Positions 50,677 to 60,000 of a DNA stretch of 60,000 bases are shown piece by piece. The stretch's first letter is position 1; each line of letters opens with the position of its first letter. The position numbers were made by a program, and so were the translations under genes. The notes below the pieces were generated by a model, which ran no database searches, had not been told where the DNA came from, and was given only the letters and a program-made list of their open reading frames with translations. The stretch is from Botryllus schlosseri (taxonomy: Eukaryota). The stretch is taken from NCBI GenBank assembly GCA_051294905.1, contig CM119371.1:19346001-19406000 (forward strand). Direction: 5' to 3'.

Positions 50677-50719
50677 ATGGGCAACGCACCTACAAAAAAG
50701 GGCGAACAAGCGGAAAGTG
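50677..50719 (+). CDS. PRKACA: cAMP-dependent protein kinase catalytic subunit, first coding exon
   Basis: MGNAPTKKGEQAES followed by a phase-1 donor G|GTGAGA, the same sequence pattern and intron position as PRKACA/B exon 1 (MGNAAAAKKGSEQES|V); acceptor tgtttccAG ends 50589. Paralogue assignment is not possible. Confidence 0.85.
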
Positions 50720-53700
50720 GTGAGACTGTTTGCATTGATATGACCTGACCGCGGCTCGTCTATGACTCGAGTCAAGTCCAGTCCTTTCAAAACTGTTCAA
50801 GCCAAGTGACAAGTCAGCTCAAGCAAATTTTCAAAGCATGACTAGTGAGTCGTCATAATATCATCTGAAAATTTCCGAGTTTGAGTCAATTTCAAGTCGT
50901 TTAACTGTCATGTTCGGATGCATATGTATGATTGAATATAGAGATACCACACCAAACTGGTCAAACATGCCAATTTTAGAGTACTAAAACGATTAGTCAC
51001 TGCGGTTATTTATGTAAATATGTCAGAATTCTGCCCACAGGGCATGCCGCATTCATTATGGGAGTATAATTCAAAATAAGAGATATTTATGCTGTTGAAG
51101 GCTATAAAGGCAGTACTGATCTCATATAATATATGTGTGTAGGAAAAATAATGTCCAGGCGTCCTGAAGAATTTTTTTACCAAATTTAATAAACATTGCC
51201 AAGAAAAGGCCAGTTTTCATTCTTTTGCTGCTGACTGAGTATATTTACACATGGTTCTTATAATACTGTAATGCCAGGAAAGGGCAAGCTGCAGCTGATA
51301 TGACTGTGATGTCAGTGGTGATGGAAGTCACCACATCCAAAGCATTGATGGAAATGGTATACAGTAAATATAGGATTAGTATTGATCACTTGGCTTTGCA
51401 AGGGGTAAGATATTTGATGATTTGAAAATTAACTCGAAATTGTGTATCCGAGTAGCGAGTCGTTCCATATTTTTCAAACGTCAACTTTGAGTCAAGTCGA
51501 GTCATTTTAGGGCAATGACTCAAGACATTCAGAAAACTCCAGTCTGCCTCCATCCATCCACTCGTCGCAAAACTATTCCAGTCAATAATCTAGCCTTTTA
51601 GCCTAGACCAGTGGTTAATAATTTAACCAATTAGCTCCCTATTCCATTCAATATACTGCTAACAATCTCATCATTTCAATACAACACAAGACTGCGATAC
51701 AATGAAAGACAGGAAGGTGTCGAAATGACTTGGAGTAGTCTTCGAAATCAGACACCCACCTGGCTTAGCCGATGTAAAAAGGAGGCATGCACATTGAACA
51801 AAAAGTCAAAGATATTATAAATGGACAGGCGACAAAAAGAGGTGGCATGTGTCGAAAGGCGAAATCGATATGTCAGGTCGTGGTCCTGCAAACCAGAGGG
51901 CTGACTTGTATTGGTTGTGGACGCAAAGCTGGCAAATATCATGACGATTGTATTATATGTGTCCTAGCTGTCTTGTAACATGGTTTACATTGAGGCATGA
52001 TTAATTATTTTACATACATATTCTATTCACCCACTGCATGCAAAGGGTAGCCTATATGGCCCTTAAGCCTTACTTGATTTTAATAATATGCAGTGTAATT
52101 ATGCGATAAATTTCACTGCCGCTATTTCTCTTGTGTGTGTTGTGGCCTCTTGATCTGCATCACTATTCGATTACATTATAATATCCTCTTCCATGACCTT
52201 GCTCATTAATATTTATGACCTTTGGAGCATTCCGCTAAGCAAGGAGGCTCTGAATTTTATTTGTCGGACTAGCTTGGTTTCATATTTTGATTCTTATTTT
52301 GTTGTGTTTAGTGCATTTCGTGCTGTATCAAAATCATGGCAAGCGAGCTAGCACTTCTGAAATAGAACAACCCTTTTCTGCAACGCCAGTGACTACTCAC
52401 ACCACATTTGGCTACTGAATCCATTTTCCGTTAATGACCGTTGATCGAACAAAATTTCAGCTCTTTCAGCCTAAACTGGAACTGTTTTGGAGTCAAACCA
52501 CGGACTTTTGCAACACGTATTTTTACAAAAGAAAGAAAATAGTCCTTGGGTAGATGAGCAATGCAAATTGTACATTGTTATTAGTGGGATTGTCATATTG
52601 AGCGGTCGATGGAACTATGGTCTTAACACTAACAGAACACAGTTTTGAAAAGCTCTTTTAGGGTGCCATTAGTCGTTATGTGATAGTTGCAAAGATGTAT
52701 CTTGCAATGTTGAAAACACCAGTGATTGACTAACTAGCTTTGTCTCAGAGTGCTTACTCGGTAATTTTTTTTACCTGAAGGTTTGTATTCTGCTCTGAGC
52801 TGTATGTACAATTGTACATTGTGCATTGTACAACATGTGTTGAAAATCTTCCTCATCATGCATCACTACCGTGATCGTTGCCAATCAGCCATCTAATGAC
52901 CATCTTCGTATCACGATCGACTTTGTCCAGAGAACGCTGTTTCTCTCTGTTTACGTTTTACTATTGAACACGAGATGGCGCTCCAGCGCAGATGCTTTCT
53001 GTGTTATTTCAGCACTGTCCCGGAGTTAACGTTGAGTCAGGTAAAATTTCATACTCTCAACCAGCCAGCGGGGTTCTCGTTGTCTTCGTCGCGTACGAAA
53101 TTGACCAATTACTTATTATTGGTTCTGAGATCATGTGAGTTTACTAACTAAAGTTTTCCGATGAGTGCGTCTTTCCGGAAGTTTCGTGCCGATAAAAATG
53201 TGTAAGAGCAGTCCGTTGCGGATACGGCTTCGAGTAGACCGGGTTGCTAAAGTTTTAAATCGGATTTATAACCGTATTCGGTTCGAAAGCTCCTTCAATT
53301 TTAGTTGCTCTGTTAACAGCAAATCCGAATAAGTTTTCGTATTGCATCCAGTAAACTCACTATGTCAATGTTTTAGTCAGCGCAGCCACAGAACAAGACT
53401 GCCACGTAGTGAAGAGATAGAAAGGAGTCGAAATGACTTGCTGAAGTCCGCCAATCGAAGTGAAGTCGGTCACGACACAAGACCAAAGATCCATTGAAAC
53501 TGCAGTTGCGCACGCTAGAATACGTAAACCAGTTATGTGTGTGCTTGACGCGCTCAGCAAATACATCACTATTTTGAGGTATTAGCGGCATATTTCAGTG
53601 TTAATAAATAATTGAAAATCACCATTTCAATAGAATGTGCTGTGGATGATGTGTCGTAGTAGGATTGTGCAAACATTTTAATGAGCGGGTCAGGGGTCAG

Positions 53701-55904
53701 GTATAGATGACACAGTGGAACTGTGTGCCCATCTGCAAGGCCCGTCGTTTCAATGAAAGTTGGTAATGGTGATGAGGATGACGAAATTTACCAATACATT
53801 CAATATCGGACTACACATAAAAATTACACCACGACCTTGGTTTTGGTACTGGTACTAGTGGCGCTGTGAGGTCGTTTGCTGCTACATCCCACATGAATTC
53901 GTCAACTCTGAATCAATGTAATTAGACTTTAAAGCAGTGGTTCCCAACCTTTTTGGATGACGCAGGAGCCGCAGTTAAAACTTCATAGTACGTGTGGAGC
54001 CGCATCACAACACTCTAGTGGGCTACTTGTAACGAAAATTTAAAGGTACCTAGCCTACTTCTAGATCTCACCATCCAGCTAATTCAAAGGCAGGCACAGA
54101 GAGTTTTATGGATTCTATATCGGTTATTTTAGCATTGATAGGTGCAGATTGGCGAGTGCTATACATTGAAATAAACTGAAAATGCATATCATTACTACAA
54201 CATACTATTATGTCGTTATGTGATAGCTCTTCACTTCATACATTCCACCACTTAATGCACAAGTTTGCGGTGGAATATACGCCGAGTAATATTGGACTTA
54301 TTTCAATTCATACTTGACTATGAGCTGTTATTTGGATGTTAGTAAAATTGTGTCTAAATTTACACTTCACAGGGACGATATATAAAGGTGTGCGACTAGC
54401 GTTTGACGATAGCCTGCAATAATTCTCTCTCCCTGTTTTCAAAAGCGACCTTGTACGGCTTTAGACATATCCATTAATATCCCTCATTCCTAGACAAACA
54501 ACAACTGCCGCAAGAAGGCACTGCTTTCGAGCGATTTCAGCTGTACCTCAACCGCCAGCAAAACTACACACTTTTACGATATACGTTTTTATAAATAGAA
54601 AGTAGCCCTTGGAAACTGACTTAAATAACTACATAGTTTATTTGTGTAATCAGATGTAATTCTAATCTAATGTAATTCTAATCTAATTTGTGAGATGTTT
54701 CTTTTATTCGAATCTAATTTCTGTTTTTTTTCTCCTAAAAGTGCTACAGGTGAACTGTACCGTGCGAAACGAACCAAGGCAATATCATTCTCCAGCTTGC
54801 AAGAATAAATTCAGATTTCATATAGACTGAACCTGATTTTTGTTGATTTTTTTTTCAAATATTAATTTCATCCAATTTTCAAGTTTTCTCGAATTCATTA
54901 ATTCTTATCTAGTTTTTCAAAAGATAGTGTGACTATAAATGTAATCTAATTTGGAAAAGCTGAAAATAATATAGTTTTGTCCGACTCTTTCTTGAAAAGT
55001 GGTGCATTGCAGCATTGTGGATTACTGTAGTGAACGGGCCACCATACACAAATTTATGCAGTAAGCGTGTGTATACTGTATATTGTTAAGTTAGAAAAAT
55101 TTGCGTTCTGGCGCTTAGCCGTAGTGCGGTTCATCTCAAAAAATCTACATGGCTCTGGCTCAAAAAATCTACATGGCTCTGGCTACGTTGCATCAGTCCC
55201 TGACGCTGCCAAAAACGAGATTAATCGATCTCCGACGAAAGAATGCTGCGCGACAGGTATCGTTGCTGCGAGTTGCTACCCTGTTATTCCCGCCTTTACT
55301 CGAATCAAAACCGGCGTCCAGCTAAACACGGCTATCTTGCTCGAGAAACTATCCGCTAAATCGTCCCCCGGGATGGCAGAGCGATCGATTCCAATCCAAA
55401 ATGGACCGATAAGGTGTCTTATCGGCGCAAAGTACAGCGAGCGTACATGCTGTATATTTGTTTCTGAGATAACAATTCTGGTTGCATTAGTGGTTTCGTG
55501 CGATGCGGCAAGGTAACGAAAGGAGTGGAGTTTAGGACTAATAGGGTTGGATTATTCTACAAAGACACTCGTCATTGCGTATGAAATGTTACGTTTCTAG
55601 ACGTTGGGCAGCGGGAATTATGGCTCCAATCAAACCCGACGAATCTTGAGGTGATTTGCAGAATGAAGATGCAATCAATGTACTTTTATAAACCAGTGTA
55701 GAGTGACATAGCTTGTGTGTGTGTAATAGAGATTTAATGGTCATATGTTTTTTGGGATCCGGATCCAATCCAGTTCGGTTTCGGTTTTAGTCTTTGATGT
55801 TAGAATCCGGATAAAAGAATCCTGTTCAAGGCTGAGCATGAGCGATGAGCATCTACTGCCGCTGTCAATAATTTTCTATTAGCTCGTCACCGGATTGAGG
55901 TTTC

Positions 55905-56180
55905 ATATTCCACACAGAGAGAGAGAGATATGATAGCCTATTCTTTTTCGCCTGCACCATCGAGATGCTTTGACGACGGAGTTGCGATACGGCCCCATGA
56001 GGTCATCTAGTCTGCGCCCCCGCTTTTTTCTCCTCCATGCTATCCGTGATTGCTGAGCGCCTAGCAGGATAGCTGCGGATACCAATTTTCGAGTCTTTGG
56101 TATGACCCGGCCGGGGACCGAACCCACGACCTACCGCTCGAGAAGCCGGACGCATAACCATTGCACTATCTCGCTCGGTA
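55905..56180 (-). mobile_element. Full-length tRNA-derived SINE
   Basis: A box tagtgcaatgg, B box gggttcggtccc, body and (TC)n tail; homologous to the copies at 2257, 32405 and 41270. Confidence 0.85.
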
Positions 56181-57535
56181 CAACTAGAATATATATGAAT
56201 TTGTGGTGTAATGCAAAATCTACGCAGTGCAAGTTTACTCCAAAAAGTCGCACAACACTGACGAAAAGTTCATACAAAATACCGTAGCTCACTGACCAGG
56301 ATCCATTTCTCTGGAAAAATATTAATCCGGATCCAGTCCTGTTTCATAAATTCTTGCCGGATTTATGTCCGGTTATTATCCTAATCCTGTACAGTGTACA
56401 ACTGTACATATATGAAGTGTAGCACGCAGGTCATCAATGTGTTGTCATTTTAAGCTCGAATTTCTAAAATTGAAGAGAAATTATAGTAATTATGGAATAC
56501 GAGATGTACTTAATGGCTGTAATTGGAGCGCTTCGAATGTAGACGAGTTTAGAAATTGCCAAATGACTGGGATGGTATACCAAATATTCACCTATGTATA
56601 GAGATAGTGACTTCCTCTCGTTATTCTGAAAGAAAGACCCGCGGTAATCGGATCAGAATTCGTTCCATTGCGTCTTCAGTAAGACCAAGCTAATGATACA
56701 CGCACTGAATGCTGCATATACTGTATGTATACCGAGACGCTTCCACATTTATGTAGTGTACAAAATTAACATGAATGGCCAATATGCATCACCGAAATAG
56801 GAGATTACCATACCGGGCAACAATGTTATTACCCACTGCGTGACAATATGTACAAGTTGGCTGTAATATTTTTGAGGAACATAAGTCTGGATGTATCACC
56901 GTAAATTCCTGTCCATGTGACTTCGCGCCGCTGTAGAATCTAGCCTTGGAATCGGTTCGACTGCGAGCGACGCCACACAGGAAATACAGGCGGCAATATT
57001 GTGTACGTATTCTTACCTAGAAAAACGTGCACTTGCGGGTCATCACCTAGCGACGTCCAGACTGTAGTGTTGCAAGCACTGACTCCGGAATTTTTTTTTA
57101 TCATTGCTTCAATAAGCAGCCTGTGGTAGCGGCGTAGCATGTTGGAGGTGATTATAACCGTTCTGAGTGCTGTTGAACCGTTATTATGGAGAACCCGGAT
57201 TCACGGCTTAACTGTGGACCAAACTTGTACAAACTGCAAATCTAGTTAATTGAACTTCTACTACTGGATTGTGAGTAGTTCTAGTTGCTGATTTTGAAAA
57301 GTGAGTAGTTCTAGTTGCGCATTCAAAAATTAGTTGTAAAAGACAACTAGAAAACACGAATGTCGGCATGGACAACTAGAAAACACGAATGTCGGCGTGA
57401 ATCGTGATAACTGATAACAGTGTTCTGTTGTGTGACGTTATTGCAGCTATAACCAGTTCAGAGTGATCACTACGAATAGTGGCGTCGCCAGGATTTGCTT
57501 TTGGGGGTTGAGACCCCTCCCATTTCATGCTAATC

Positions 57536-57881
57536 TAGGGTTACCATACGTCCTCCTTTGGGAGGATCTGTCCTCCTTTTTCGGGTTTTTGAAAATGTTC
57601 TCCGAGGACGCCTAAATGTCGTCGTTTTTGAGATTTTGTCCTCTTTTTTAGGAGTTTTGGTCAAATTTATAGCAAAATTCGACTGAGATGCTGTAAATCA
57701 GCACCGAAGTGACGCTCCGGCGGGTATTTCGGAAGCTGACCGAAAGTTGACCTTTTTTTTAGTCAACCGACTACGAAGTGGTAGAAATTTGCCACTTTTT
57801 CAGATTTTTCCACCGGTATTCTGTGGTTGAAAATTTTGAAAAAGTGCCCTCCTTTCCCGATTCCAAAATATGGTAACCCTA
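57536..57881. mobile_element. hAT-type MITE, same family as 540-843
   Basis: tagggttaccata / tatggtaacccta; TSD tgctaatc / tgctaatg. Confidence 0.85.
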
Positions 57882-60000
57882 TGCTAATGTTCGATTTATA
57901 TGGGAATGAACCCGATTCCGATTAAATAAATATTAACGAGTTGCGTCAGAAACGAATCTAGATGGTTGTGTTTTAGATCGTTAGTTAGCTGCAGATTTTA
58001 AAAGGTCGTTAGTTCTTGTTGCGAGTTTTGAAAAGTGAGTAGTGCTTGACTGCTTGTTCTCTAGTTCTACCTGCGCATGTTAAAAATCCAGTAGTTTGTA
58101 CAAGTCTAATCGCGAAGCAGTGTAGCGCCGTGCAAGCGCTTACTACATAGCCTGCAGCGTGTGATATCCCAGCTGGTGAATGACACAGCGCGGTGGTAAT
58201 TGTATGTAAGGTAACTAACGCTGTATCTGACATCATTCCGGCTACACGTTGTCACCCGTTGGGAACGTAAATTTGGCACAGGTGATAGCCGTTAGAATGC
58301 GTATTGATTGTAAGTCTGTTTCAGGAAATTGGCATTAAGTCAAAATAGTCAGAGTTGGGATGGATAAGAATTTCGTTAAATGTCAGAATTACGCAATTAT
58401 TTCATTCTATATTTTTTTGGTTAAAAAATTACTGTATTCAATATAGTTAGTAAACATCGCGTTAAGTGACTGCAAAGTTCGGATTTGTAGTTCGACAGCC
58501 TCTAGCCATCTGATATTTCGCAGTCATTACGTTCTGTAGTCTGAGGCAAGAGAGTCACTAAGTCAGAGATCAGCAAATATCATATTCAGACCCAGGGCTC
58601 GAAAAAAACGGATGTAAAAGCTGTGATCGGGTTCGGATCAGATTTATATATGCTATATGGGACTGTGATTGTGTCTGTGTGCTGTGGAATATGGCATGAT
58701 CTGAAATCTTAATACGGCATCCGATCGAATCGGAGTCGATGCCGACAGTGGACTCGGATTCTGACAAGTGGAATAAATTACGGATTTAAAATCTTTTAAA
58801 GAGCTTATCTAGACGAAGGGCAATATTGAGGACCAAGGAAAGATATGTTTGGGTGCGGAAACGCGTGATTATCGTGATCGGACTCGTCTGAAAGTTACAT
58901 CGTGCAGCAAGAAACTAGAACCGATCCCGTAGAAATCGTAATAATTTTTACTTTATTTGGCGAAATTAGTGTCCGTATATTATCAGGAATTGAGCTTCTA
59001 CGTAATGTGGCTGGATTCAGATTGATATCCATTTTGTGTGGAATAATTAGAATGGGAATAATCTGCAGGACTACGCCATACTCGGAGGCGATCAAGGTAG
59101 TCGGCGTTGCTCCTAAAGTAAAGGTAGAAATTGCGACGTAACACAAATAGTAGTAGCGATAGAGTGTCAAAACTACTGTAAGCCTACTAAAGTACGGCAG
59201 ACTATCAAAAGTCTGGAAAGTACGTGACAGAGAAACGTCACGTTTATTCTCATCTGCATCATCGAGATGCTTTGACTAGTGCAGAGGTCTCAAACTCAAA
59301 TGTGCTCGCGGGCCAATTTCCTAGTTCTTGATGACACCGCGGGCCGCAGCATCAATAATAGGGATATTCAATGTATAATATTCAAGTAGGCCTTATTTGA
59401 CGGAACCTTGCAGACAGGCATTCCACAAACACCGTGGAAATGTAATTTTCTATTGTACTATCCACGCTTGACACGGAAAAAATAACATTTTCAAATATTT
59501 GAATAAAGTTTTTTTTGTGCCGGGCATAATTTTTTCAATTAGTGAGTTATCGTCATAGACATCATGCGAGAGAATGCATCATAACATCGTAATGCAGCTA
59601 GTGGACTTCTGACGCGCCACAATTTTATGTTTAATATTTTAAAATCTACTGAAGATTGATCTGATATCAGAGCGTTTTATCGATGTAGCCTAATCCTGGT
59701 TTTGATATAGTCGTGATAAGTATCGGCTATTGTTACAGTCATTGCCCAAGTCAAATTAAATCAGCGTTAGATTTTGCCATCGATTATTTATTATTGGAAC
59801 ATATCAATAACAACTTGAATATAATCATTATTGATCCATAGTAATATCATTGCTTCTTAACCTTTTTAGCCATCGTACCCTTTGCGCTTCCAATGCGATT
59901 TATTTCTCGTAGCCCCTGTCCATTTTCAAGACAAATTCTGATGGTATCTGTATTAAAATCAGAAAGCCCATTCACATAAAATCGCGCGTAGCTCGAAGAC

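Noticed and set aside
55067..55516. 149-aa ORF within the PKA intron
   Set aside because: Non-ATG start, includes a 24-bp tandem duplication, no recognisable domain, and the donor phase does not fit PKA exon 2.
57342..57400. Short tandem duplications (also 2977-3024 and 55135-55182)
   Set aside because: Ordinary two-copy slippage duplications of 24-29 bp.

Overview
Eukaryotic, transposon-rich animal genomic DNA. The gene content suggests an invertebrate chordate such as a tunicate, but the taxon is an inference. Four protein-coding genes lie on the + strand: (1) the 3' part of a POLR1D-isoform-2-like small protein (start outside the window, stop 377); (2) a two-exon NKAPD1/C11orf57 homologue (1682-3894) whose intron appears to have arisen by duplication of an AG|GT-containing exon segment; (3) a nine-exon ATG4C/D cysteine protease (10348-23274, ~952 aa by manual splicing) with intact Cys/Asp/His motifs, a C-terminal FELL LIR and an unusual ~440-aa insertion containing a 73-aa tandem repeat; (4) exon 1 of a PKA catalytic subunit (MGNAPTKKGEQAES, 50677-50719), with the rest beyond the window. 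Non-coding DNA holds many hAT-type MITEs with 8-bp TSDs, a pogo-like relic, tRNA-derived SINEs, CR1/L2- and RTE-type LINE ends and a 28S rRNA fragment. A ~5.6-kb tandem duplication (29165-44062) has copies that differ by a four-layer nested transposon and by a young Penelope-like retroelement carrying a GIY-YIG C-terminus and a minimal hammerhead ribozyme. That ribozyme motif occurs five times in the window. All identifications come from reading the sequence and recalled family motifs; no searches were run.
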